From Oscillospiraceae bacterium (GTDB taxonomy: Bacteria; Bacillota; Clostridia; Oscillospirales; Ruminococcaceae), in the NCBI GenBank assembly GCA_020024235.1, contig JAHHUA010000001.1, positions 1-40,780 on the forward strand: a stretch of 40,780 nucleotides of DNA, in the 5' to 3' direction. The position numbers and the translations under genes are program-made. The notes below the pieces were generated by a model. It searched no databases. It was not told where the DNA came from and saw only the letters and a list, made by a program, of their open reading frames with translations. The stretch's first letter is position 1. Each line of letters opens with the position of its first letter. Shown here in pieces: positions 10,249 to 17,331 of this stretch.

Positions 10249-11334
10249 ATGGATGTAAAAAAGAACTTTATGCAAGCATTTAAAGAATTAACAGGAAACG
10301 AAGAAGAAAAAGATGAAATAAAGGATAATAAACTTGCAACAGAAAATAAATCTGCTGATGACAAACCTGCATTTTTGTCCAGCTTTGACAGCATGAAAGC
10401 TAAATACGCCGAAAACACAGCTGCTCAGACTGTACCAACAACAGCCACAGCTCCTGCTGCAAAACCAAATCAGACAGCCTCTCAAACAGGTATGGGACTT
10501 AATGCCAAACCTGCTTTTTCTCAGGGAATAAATAATGCTGCACCAAAATCCGGATTTAATTCAGCAGCTCCTGCATTTTCCGCAACTGCAAATACTGTTC
10601 AACATCCTGCCCCAGCTGCTTCTGCCGGGGACTTTAAGCTTGATGCAAAACAGGAAGATAAATTGCCCACAGGTACAGATGATTTTCTCAATACATTTCT
10701 TAAAGCAAGAGGAGCTGATGATACAGTAGCTGAAGCCAAAGCAAAACAAATTTCTTCTGCTATTGAAAATAAAACAGAAAAGAAACCTGATATTCCTTTT
10801 AATGAAGAAAAAGCAGATGCTAAACCTCAACCTGAAGTGTTAAATCCTGCCGAAACTACCATAATTCCCAAAACTGAGGAAAAGCCAATAGCTCCTGCTA
10901 CTCTTAAAGCTGAGGAAAAAATTGTTACTCCTTCTGCTCCTAAAATTGAAGAAAAACCTGCTGCACCGGCAGTAAAAGAGGAAGTTAAAACTGAAGTTCC
11001 TGCTGATAATATGGCAGTTTCTCCTCAAACTACAGTTATAACAGAAAACACAGAAATTGAAGGTTCCATTACTTCTTCTAATAATATCCTCATTCAAGGT
11101 AAAGTAAAAGGCGATGTTACCAACGAAAACGAGCTTTGTATTATGGGTACTGTTGAAGGCGATATTATGTCTGACAATATCAAAATTGACGGCACAGTAA
11201 CAGGAAATATAACTTCTGCCAACAGTCTTCACATTATGAAAAATGCTGTTATCACAGGTGATATAGTTACTTCCACAATTAGAATTGATGAAGGTGCTGT
11301 ATTCCAAGGCAAAATTTCCATGAATATTAAATAA
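10249..11334 (+). CDS. Bactofilin-domain cytoskeletal protein with long low-complexity N-terminal arm
   Basis: The C-terminal ~100 aa form a beta-helical bactofilin (DUF583) repeat pattern (IEGSITSSNNILIQGKVKGDV...IDGTVTGNITS...ITGDIVTSTIRIDEGAVFQGKI). Residues ~20-255 are A/P/E/K/T-rich. SD is AGGAGGA. Confidence 0.75.
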   Translation: MDVKKNFMQAFKELTGNEEEKDEIKDNKLATENKSADDKPAFLSSFDSMKAKYAENTAAQTVPTTATAPAAKPNQTASQTGMGLNAKPAFSQGINNAAPKSGFNSAAPAFSATANTVQHPAPAASAGDFKLDAKQEDKLPTGTDDFLNTFLKARGADDTVAEAKAKQISSAIENKTEKKPDIPFNEEKADAKPQPEVLNPAETTIIPKTEEKPIAPATLKAEEKIVTPSAPKIEEKPAAPAVKEEVKTEVPADNMAVSPQTTVITENTEIEGSITSSNNILIQGKVKGDVTNENELCIMGTVEGDIMSDNIKIDGTVTGNITSANSLHIMKNAVITGDIVTSTIRIDEGAVFQGKISMNIK

Positions 11335-11350
11335 TTCACATAAAACGAAA

Positions 11351-11374
11351 CCTCCCACGATAATTTGTGGGAGG
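11351..11374. terminator. Bidirectional rho-independent terminator between convergent genes
   Basis: Perfect 8-bp GC-rich stem CCTCCCAC / GTGGGAGG with an 8-nt loop. It is followed by TTCTTTT on the + strand and TTTCGTTTT on the - strand. Confidence 0.7.
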
Positions 11375-11379
11375 TTCTT

Positions 11380-11826
11380 TTATAATTTTTTAAAAAGCTT
11401 GGCACTCCATAAATTCATATCCAGCTCATCAATATAAAAATGCAGCAAAGATTTAAAATTTCTGTTGGCAGCAGTCAGCATAATTTGAGCATAACCCTCA
11501 TTTTTAAATTTTTCTTCTGCAGTTTTAAATAATTTTTGTCCAATACCCTTTTTTCTTAGTTCCTTGCTTATATAAACTTCTTCTATTTCCATATATTTTT
11601 CATCTTTTTTTATTATAGAGCTGTCTTTTTCGGAAATTTTTTCAACCGCAAAAAGATAACCGATAATTTGACTGTTTTCTTCTGCTATAAAAATTCGGTT
11701 CCCCGCTATATCTTCTTTTTGATTTTTATGATAACCATAGGTGCAGTTTTCTTTTTCCCACTCCTCAGAAAATAAAATCAATTTTTTGAGTAAATCGTCA
11801 TTAAGTTTTGTTTCATATATTTTCAT
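11380..11826 (-). CDS. GNAT family N-acetyltransferase
   Basis: 148 aa with the acetyl-CoA binding motif RKKGIGQKLF. SD is AAGGAGGA. Confidence 0.8.
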   Translation of the reverse strand: MKIYETKLNDDLLKKLILFSEEWEKENCTYGYHKNQKEDIAGNRIFIAEENSQIIGYLFAVEKISEKDSSIIKKDEKYMEIEEVYISKELRKKGIGQKLFKTAEEKFKNEGYAQIMLTAANRNFKSLLHFYIDELDMNLWSAKLFKKL

Positions 11827-11906
11827 AATAATCCTCCTTATATATAAAAAAGATGCTCTCCATAAGGTTTTTTAGTTAATATATGGTAGAGTGTTATATG
11901 AAAATT

Positions 11907-12371
11907 TTAACCATTATAAACCATTCTTAAAAAATCTCCCATACCCATCATTGTTTTTTGCTCAAATTTCTGTCCGTTAATTCTAAAACCGACATTTTCG
12001 TAACACTTAATAGCTCGCTGATTCCATGTTCTGACTTCAAGATATATAGGTTTGTCAGAATACAATGTTTTTGATATATTACAGGCTATTGTGAGAATTT
12101 TTTGTCCATAACCATTTCCGCAAATATCAGGGGCTATTCCTATACCCATAAAAACCTCTTTTGGTTCTTCCAAAATATTTGTAAAACCAACTAAGGTATT
12201 TTCATCATAATAAGTATAGAAATTATTTGCAGATAATGGATCTCCAAATCCAACACCTTTTTCTTTTTGTTCCTGATAAGACGGCATATTGTAAATTTCA
12301 TATTCACCGTCATATTGCCATGAGGAAATAATTTCCTTTTCGAGTTCAGTCATTATATGGTATGTTATCAT
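11907..12371 (-). CDS. GNAT family N-acetyltransferase
   Basis: GNAT motif GNGYGQKIL. The ORF-track start at 12497 would overlap rpsI and span its terminator. The ATG at 12371 (MITYHIM) has AAAGGAAAA upstream, giving 154 aa. Confidence 0.75.
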   Translation of the reverse strand: MITYHIMTELEKEIISSWQYDGEYEIYNMPSYQEQKEKGVGFGDPLSANNFYTYYDENTLVGFTNILEEPKEVFMGIGIAPDICGNGYGQKILTIACNISKTLYSDKPIYLEVRTWNQRAIKCYENVGFRINGQKFEQKTMMGMGDFLRMVYNG

Positions 12372-12386
12372 ATTGTTTTCCTTTCT

Positions 12387-12422
12387 GAAAATATACAAAA
12401 AAGAGATGTTCTCCATTTGGAA
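12387..12422 (-). terminator. Rho-independent terminator after rpsI
   Basis: On the minus strand: AAGAGATGTTTTCC AAAT GGAGAACATCTCTT followed by TTTTG. This is a 10-bp perfect stem plus extra pairs. Confidence 0.75.
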
Positions 12423-12459
12423 AACATCTCTTGACTTTGTCTGAAAATTCCAAAACAAA

Positions 12460-12858
12460 TTAACGCTTGGAGAACTGAGGAGAACGTCTTGCTCCACGAA
12501 GACCGTATTTCTTTCTTTCTTTCATACGTGGATCTCTTGTAAGGAATCCTGCCTTCTTGAGGATTGGACGCATTTCATCGGAATGTTGGAGCAAAGCTCT
12601 GGACAAACCGTGTCTGATAGCACCTGCCTGGCCGGAGATACCGCCGCCGTTTACGTTGCAGATAATATCGAATTTGCCTTCTGTATCTGTAATGTTAAGT
12701 GGTTGTCTAACAATCAGTTTGAGTGTTTCAAGGCCGAAGTAATCATCAATATCTCTGCCGTTAATTGTGATTTTACCTGTTCCCTGGTAAACTCTTACTC
12801 TTGCTACAGAGTTCTTTCTTCTGCCTGTACCGTAGTAATATGGTTTAGATTCGTACAT
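12460..12858 (-). CDS. rpsI: 30S ribosomal protein S9
   Basis: [16 protein letters not shown]...[19 protein letters not shown]...[10 protein letters not shown] is AAGGAGGA. Confidence 0.96.
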   Translation of the reverse strand: MYESKPYYYGTGRRKNSVARVRVYQGTGKITINGRDIDDYFGLETLKLIVRQPLNITDTEGKFDIICNVNGGGISGQAGAIRHGLSRALLQHSDEMRPILKKAGFLTRDPRMKERKKYGLRGARRSPQFSKR

Positions 12859-12882
12859 ATTAATTTCCTCCTTCTTCCGATA

Positions 12883-13308
12883 TTAAAGTGTCCATGCTTC
12901 AGGCTTTTGAGCCTCATGGTTGTGTTCTGCACCTCTGAAAATTCTTACTCTTGTAAGAGCTTTTCTGCCGATAACAGTATCTGGGAGCATACCTTTAACA
13001 GCAAGCTTCATAGCAAATTCAGGATTTTCCTGCATAAGCTTTTCGTAGCTTGTTTCTTTAAGGTGTCCTACCCAGCCTGTGTGGTGGCGATATTTCTTTT
13101 GTGTAAGTTTCTTACCTGTCAAAACAGCTTTTTCAGCGTTTACGATGATAACAAAATCTCCGCAGTCAGCGTGTGGAGCAAATGTTGGCTTGTGCTTGCC
13201 TCTCAAAATAGAAGCAGCTTTTGCAGCTGTGTGTCCCATTGGAACGCCTGCTGCGTCAATTACATACCATTTACGAGTGTCTGTTGCTTTTGGCATTGTA
13301 CTGGACAT
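12883..13308 (-). CDS. rplM: 50S ribosomal protein L13
   Basis: RKWYVIDAAGVPMGHTAAKAASILRGKHKPTFAPH... SD AGGAGGT lies 7 nt upstream of the ATG. Confidence 0.96.
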   Translation of the reverse strand: MSSTMPKATDTRKWYVIDAAGVPMGHTAAKAASILRGKHKPTFAPHADCGDFVIIVNAEKAVLTGKKLTQKKYRHHTGWVGHLKETSYEKLMQENPEFAMKLAVKGMLPDTVIGRKALTRVRIFRGAEHNHEAQKPEAWTL

Positions 13309-13443
13309 AGTTTTTACCTCCTGATTTTAATAAGATATTATAAATTCTGCAATCTTTATTTTATAAGTCAGATTACATCTGTGGCAAAATCTGCTGATAC
13401 AGCGGATTTTACCTCTTTTGATCTCTAGGGATCTTTATCAGCA
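13309..13443 (-). promoter_or_regulatory. rplM 5' untranslated leader (~135 nt), possible L13-type ribosomal leader
   Basis: Lies between the predicted TSS and the rplM ATG. It contains a 10-bp hairpin AAAATCCGCTG-TAT-CAGCAGATTTT (one mismatch) and a hairpin CAGAT-GTA-ATCTG. I cannot verify assignment to the Rfam L13 leader by eye. Confidence 0.35.
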
Positions 13444-13449
13444 TTATCC

Positions 13450-13478
13450 ATTATAATGAGCCTTGCCCATAAAGTCAA
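13450..13478 (-). promoter_or_regulatory. Sigma-A promoter of rplM-rpsI
   Basis: Minus strand: TTGACT (13478-13473), 17-nt spacer, TATAAT (13455-13450). An A7 UP-like tract sits immediately upstream. Confidence 0.7.
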
Positions 13479-13516
13479 GGCTTTTTTTGATAAAATTTAA
13501 TTTGTATATATACTAA

Positions 13517-13566
13517 CTCTTTTTTTCTCTGTTTATCTCTTTTTTACTCTATTTATCTCTTTTTGT
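13517..13566. repeat. Five tandem 10-bp units CTCT+T-rich hexamer (equivalently 2.5 copies of a 20-bp unit)
   Basis: Plus strand: ctcttttttt ctctgtttat ctctttttta ctctatttat ctctttttgt. The period is exactly 10 bp, and the array lies 40-90 bp upstream of the rplM -35 element. Confidence 0.85.
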
Positions 13567-13648
13567 ATTTTCACTAAGTGTTCTGAATATTGTTATGCAG
13601 TTTATACAAAGATTTAGTGTTTTTGGATTATTGTAATAGTTTTACAGC

Positions 13649-13680
13649 AAAAAATCCGCAAAATCAAAAGATATTGCGGA
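13649..13680 (-). terminator. Rho-independent terminator after the alpha/beta hydrolase gene
   Basis: Minus strand: TCCGCAA-(12 nt)-TTGCGGA followed by TTTTTTG. An A-run on the other side makes it potentially bidirectional. Confidence 0.65.
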
Positions 13681-13690
13681 ATTTTTTTTA

Positions 13691-14641
13691 TTATTTTGCT
13701 TTTAAATTGTATTTTTGAGTTTTTTCATTCAGCCATGCCCAAACATCATTATAAACTTCCTCTTTGTTTATTTCATTGAGCATTTCGTGTCTGCCCTCAT
13801 GGTACATCCTTAATGTTATATCAGTTTTTCCCCATTTACAATACTTATCATATACTTTTGTAACACCTTTGCCAAAATTTCCTACAGGGTCCATATCCCC
13901 TGAGAAAATAAGTATGGGCAAATCATTACGGGTATTTTTAAATGTGGTGCTTTCATTGGCTTTGCGATTTAAAGTAAATAAATCAATAAATCCGCTGAGT
14001 GTAAATGTAAACATACACATATCATCTTTCATATATTTGTCAACAACAGCGGTATTGCGGCACAGCCAGTCATAATTTGTTCTTTTGTCAGGATATTTAT
14101 CATTAAATTTTCCAAAAGCAATCTTATTTATTTTTTCGGAGCGGTGCATACTGCCTTTTTTCTTAGCTGTTATGTTGCAAAGGGCAATTCCCGCTTTAGC
14201 TCCGGGATTTGCAGATCCTGTTCCGCTTATAATAAGTCCTTCTATACTGCCCGGGAAATATGAAGCATAAATTCTTGCAATAAAAGACCCCATACTGTGT
14301 CCCAAAAGGTATATGGGATATTGGGGAAACATATGTTTTATTATGCGTGTAAATTTATATAAATCATCTATAAGAACCTGCCAGCCTTTTTCCTCGGAAA
14401 AATAGCCGTATGTTTCGGGAGAAGATGATTTTCCGTGTCCCACATGGTCATGCCCGCAGACAATATACCCTTTTTCGCAAAGAAATTTTGCAAAATCCGA
14501 ATATCTGTCAATATATTCACACATACCATGGCATATCTGAACAACACCATTTATTTGTTTATTTTCCGGTATATATGCCACTGCTTTAACTCTGTTTACC
14601 GAATTGGTGCTGTCAAATTCTATTTCCCGTTTTTTGTACAT
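13691..14641 (-). CDS. Alpha/beta hydrolase (lysophospholipase / monoacylglycerol lipase-like)
   Basis: 316 aa with the nucleophile elbow GHSMGS, an HG oxyanion motif (ICHGMCEY) and a C-terminal D/H region (GDMDPV, GRHEML). SD is AAAGGAGA. Confidence 0.8.
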   Translation of the reverse strand: MYKKREIEFDSTNSVNRVKAVAYIPENKQINGVVQICHGMCEYIDRYSDFAKFLCEKGYIVCGHDHVGHGKSSSPETYGYFSEEKGWQVLIDDLYKFTRIIKHMFPQYPIYLLGHSMGSFIARIYASYFPGSIEGLIISGTGSANPGAKAGIALCNITAKKKGSMHRSEKINKIAFGKFNDKYPDKRTNYDWLCRNTAVVDKYMKDDMCMFTFTLSGFIDLFTLNRKANESTTFKNTRNDLPILIFSGDMDPVGNFGKGVTKVYDKYCKWGKTDITLRMYHEGRHEMLNEINKEEVYNDVWAWLNEKTQKYNLKAK

Positions 14642-14661
14642 ATAAAATTATCTCCTTTACT

Positions 14662-15096
14662 TTATTCTCCAACTATGGAACAGTTTATTTTGGAATCTTT
14701 AATTTCTCCATCTTCTTCCACAGTAAAAAAGTTAATTTCTTTAAATCTGTCCCACAGTTTATAAATAACCGAATTTTCTGTAGTGGGAACTCCTGTCATA
14801 ACATTTGAAACTTTATTTTCTTTAATAAATCTGCTGATAGCTCTTGCAGGAGCATCGGAGTAAGTTATGTTCATGGTTCCCCTGTTTTCCTTTGAAATTT
14901 TATATAAATAATCAAGAGCCTCGGGGTTTTGAGGGTATTGAGAATTTACTACACTGATTATTCCCAATTCCGTTTTAGTTAAATCGGCAATGACTCTGCC
15001 TGCTTTAATAATTCTTTCACATTTAAACTGATTGGTTACACAAACTAAAGTCATTCTCTCCTCTTCCAGCAGATTTTCATTCAAGGTATCCATCAT
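14662..15096 (-). CDS. Hypothetical protein, weak USP / adenine-nucleotide alpha-hydrolase-like (KdpD-Usp-like) resemblance
   Basis: The N-terminal strand-helix TLVCVTNQFKCERIIKAGRVIA resembles USP-type domains. That assignment is tentative. The ORF-track TTG at 15111 contains the SD AAGGAG, so the ATG at 15096 or 15093 is preferred. The stop is 20 nt from the hydrolase start. Confidence 0.5.
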   Translation of the reverse strand: MMDTLNENLLEEERMTLVCVTNQFKCERIIKAGRVIADLTKTELGIISVVNSQYPQNPEALDYLYKISKENRGTMNITYSDAPARAISRFIKENKVSNVMTGVPTTENSVIYKLWDRFKEINFFTVEEDGEIKDSKINCSIVGE

Positions 15097-15264
15097 ATTG
15101 CTCCTTATCAAAATATTCCTTGTTTTTTTATTTTCTTTGACTTAAAGATGCTTATTTCTCTTTGTTTCTGATATTACTTTTCCTGTGTTTTATTGTAACA
15201 CATATTACCTTGATATATGTTAACAAATTGAAACATATTTTTTCTGAAAATAATTATTCTTCAT

Positions 15265-15293
15265 TTGACATACCTTAATTTATGAAGTACAAT
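15265..15293 (+). promoter_or_regulatory. Sigma-A promoter upstream of tepA-like gene
   Basis: TTGACA (15265-15270), 17-nt spacer, TACAAT (15288-15293). Confidence 0.6.
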
Positions 15294-15406
15294 TAATAAG
15301 ATATAAAACAATAATTTTTATGTTTTTTATATTTGTTTTGAAACAGGCTTAGAATATTACAATTATCTTTGTATACAATAAATTTAAAATATTTTATGCA
15401 AAGGTT

Positions 15407-16168
15407 GTGATTTGTACGGAAAATGAAAATATATCCAAACAACAGCAAATTAATGATGAACAAATGGATTTATCAGAACAAATAGAAAAAACTTCTTCAT
15501 CAACTGCCACAAAAGGGAAATATACTATTCACTGTCTTACCATTGTGGGGCAGATTGAGGGGCATTATATTCTGCCTCCTCAAAACAAAACCACAAAATA
15601 CGAACATGTTATTCCTCAGTTGGTAGCCATTGCCCAAGACCCTGAAATCGAGGGTCTTATCATTATTTTAAACACTGTGGGTGGTGATGTGGAAGCCGGG
15701 CTTGCCATTTCAGAGCTGATTGCCGGCATGAAAAAACCCACTGTTTCCATTGTTTTAGGGGGAGGCCATTCCATAGGTGTTCCACTGGCATGCAGTGCAA
15801 AAGTATCCTATATTGTCCCCTCAGCCACTATGACTGTTCACCCTGTCAGAATGAACGGAGTTGTTTTGGGCATACCCCAAACCCTATCATATTTTGATAA
15901 AATGCAGGAGAGAATTGTCCGTTTTGTTTCGGAAAACTCAAACATCAGTCCTAAGCGGTTTCGTGAACTTATGACTGCCACGGGAGAACTGGTTATGGAT
16001 GTAGGTACGGTTTTGGATGGAGAAAGTGCGGTAAAAGAAGGGTTAATCGACCACTTAGGCGGACTTTCCGATGCTATCTCCATGCTCTATAAACTCATAG
16101 ATGAAGAAAAAGACAAAAACAAACCTGTTTCCAAAAGAAAATCCCAAAAAAGAGGTGAAAATAAATGA
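15407..16168 (+). CDS. tepA: ClpP-fold serine protease, TepA/YmfB-like
   Basis: [35 protein letters not shown]...[15 protein letters not shown]...[13 protein letters not shown] closely follows my recollection of B. subtilis TepA. The start is uncertain: the GTG at 15407 has a poor SD. Confidence 0.8.
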   Translation: MICTENENISKQQQINDEQMDLSEQIEKTSSSTATKGKYTIHCLTIVGQIEGHYILPPQNKTTKYEHVIPQLVAIAQDPEIEGLIIILNTVGGDVEAGLAISELIAGMKKPTVSIVLGGGHSIGVPLACSAKVSYIVPSATMTVHPVRMNGVVLGIPQTLSYFDKMQERIVRFVSENSNISPKRFRELMTATGELVMDVGTVLDGESAVKEGLIDHLGGLSDAISMLYKLIDEEKDKNKPVSKRKSQKRGENK

Positions 16169-16365
16169 TTGTTCACTCTGTAACCCCTGCCTATTTTTTA
16201 TATCCGCCATGTGAAAACTCCACAGCACAAATTAAATCTTTTAAAGGCGGATTTTTAGAGGGCTATTATGAGGGAAGAGATTTTATCATATCCAGAATAA
16301 TATCTACTGACCTGCAATATTATATAAATCCCGATTTTACCCCGGGAAACAGATTAAAGCAGTAA
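16165..16365 (+). CDS. ylzJ: YlzJ-like small protein
   Basis: 66 aa. The ATG overlaps the tepA stop (ATGA), and SD AGAGGTGA is present. Size and position directly after tepA match the B. subtilis tepA-ylzJ pair. Direct sequence support is weak. Confidence 0.55.
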   Translation: MIVHSVTPAYFLYPPCENSTAQIKSFKGGFLEGYYEGRDFIISRIISTDLQYYINPDFTPGNRLKQ

Positions 16366-16437
16366 ATCTATTTTAGGAGGCTTAATGCCTCTTTACATAT
16401 TATATAATTTTTATATAACTTATCGGAGGTACATATT

Positions 16438-17319
16438 TTGAGTATTTTAGATGCAATTATACAAGGAATTATTCAAGGCTTAACAGAATTTCTGCCAGTT
16501 TCAAGTTCCGGACATTTGGCACTGGTTCAGTATTTTACAGGTAATGGTGGTGATGTGGGAGCATTTTTCTCAATTTTACTTCATGCTGGCACTTTGGTGG
16601 CTATTATAATTGCCTTTTATCCCACAATTTTAAAACTTATTGTAGAGGGAATTAAATTTTTGGGACAGCTTTTTACAGGTAAATTCCGCTATAAAAACGC
16701 TACTCCGTATCAAAGAATGTTAATAATGCTGTTAATAGCCACTTTACCGCTGTTTGTGCTGGTTTTATTTAAAGATTTTATCCAAAAAATCGGATCTGAC
16801 AACAGTATTTTGGCAGAAGGATTTTTCTTTTTATTTACTTCATATGTACTTTTTCTCTCATGCAAATGCCGAAAAGGCAAAAAAACTGCCGCTAAAATTA
16901 ATCCCCGAGATGCTGTAGCCATCGGAATTATGCAGGGATTTGCCCTGTTTCCCGGAGTTTCCCGTTCAGGGTCCACTATTTCAATGGGACTTATAGCAGG
17001 ACTCGACCGCAGTTTTGCTGTTGAATTTTCCTTTATTTTAGGTATACCCGCTGTTTTGGGCGCCATTATATTGGAAATTGGCGATGTAATCAAAAGTCCT
17101 GTGGATATAGGTGCAGGTGTTATAATTACAGGGTTTATTACCAGTGTAATTTTTGGAATAATAGCCATAAAAACCGTAAACTGGCTGGTTAAAAAAGATA
17201 AATTTAAATATTTTGCATGGTATACCCTTGTACTTGGTATACTGGTGGTTTCCATAGGCATTGTGGAGATTATTACTCATGGTGCAATACAACAGTTCTT
17301 TTTGAATATAAATAATTAA
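16438..17319 (+). CDS. uppP: Undecaprenyl-diphosphate phosphatase
   Basis: Motif LTEFLPVSSSGHL and a polytopic membrane profile, plus PGVSRSGSTI. TTG start 8 nt after GGAGG. Confidence 0.92.
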   Translation: MSILDAIIQGIIQGLTEFLPVSSSGHLALVQYFTGNGGDVGAFFSILLHAGTLVAIIIAFYPTILKLIVEGIKFLGQLFTGKFRYKNATPYQRMLIMLLIATLPLFVLVLFKDFIQKIGSDNSILAEGFFFLFTSYVLFLSCKCRKGKKTAAKINPRDAVAIGIMQGFALFPGVSRSGSTISMGLIAGLDRSFAVEFSFILGIPAVLGAIILEIGDVIKSPVDIGAGVIITGFITSVIFGIIAIKTVNWLVKKDKFKYFAWYTLVLGILVVSIGIVEIITHGAIQQFFLNINN

Positions 17320-17331
17320 TTTTAAGGTGGG

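Noticed and set aside
10840-11358. 172-aa minus-strand ORF antisense to the bactofilin gene, and similar antisense ORFs at 16710..17261 and 1064..1597
   Set aside because: The opposite-strand genes (bactofilin, uppP, alr) have clear family signatures. These ORFs have odd composition and no SD.
11827-11906. Intergenic motif ATGGAGAGCATCTTTTTT resembling the 3' half of the rpsI terminator (ATGGAGAACATCTCTTTTTT at 12385-12404)
   Set aside because: Only the 3' half is present and no complementary 5' arm exists, so there is no hairpin. The flanking GNAT genes are not paralogous copies. I treat this as a chance or degenerate remnant.
12583-13428. 281-aa plus-strand ORF antisense to rpsI and rplM
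   Set aside because: It lies entirely antisense to two unmistakable r-protein genes. The product is Cys/Phe/Ser-rich with no recognisable domain and no SD. This is the typical shadow ORF opposite strongly codon-biased genes.
13459-13488. Plus-strand terminator-like hairpin AGCCTTG-(10 nt)-CAAGGCT followed by T7, overlapping the rplM promoter
   Set aside because: There is no plus-strand gene upstream for more than 2 kb that it could terminate. The T7 run is simply the complement of the A7 UP-like tract, and the stem includes the -35 hexamer. It is most likely coincidental. It could at best block antisense read-through, which I cannot support from sequence.
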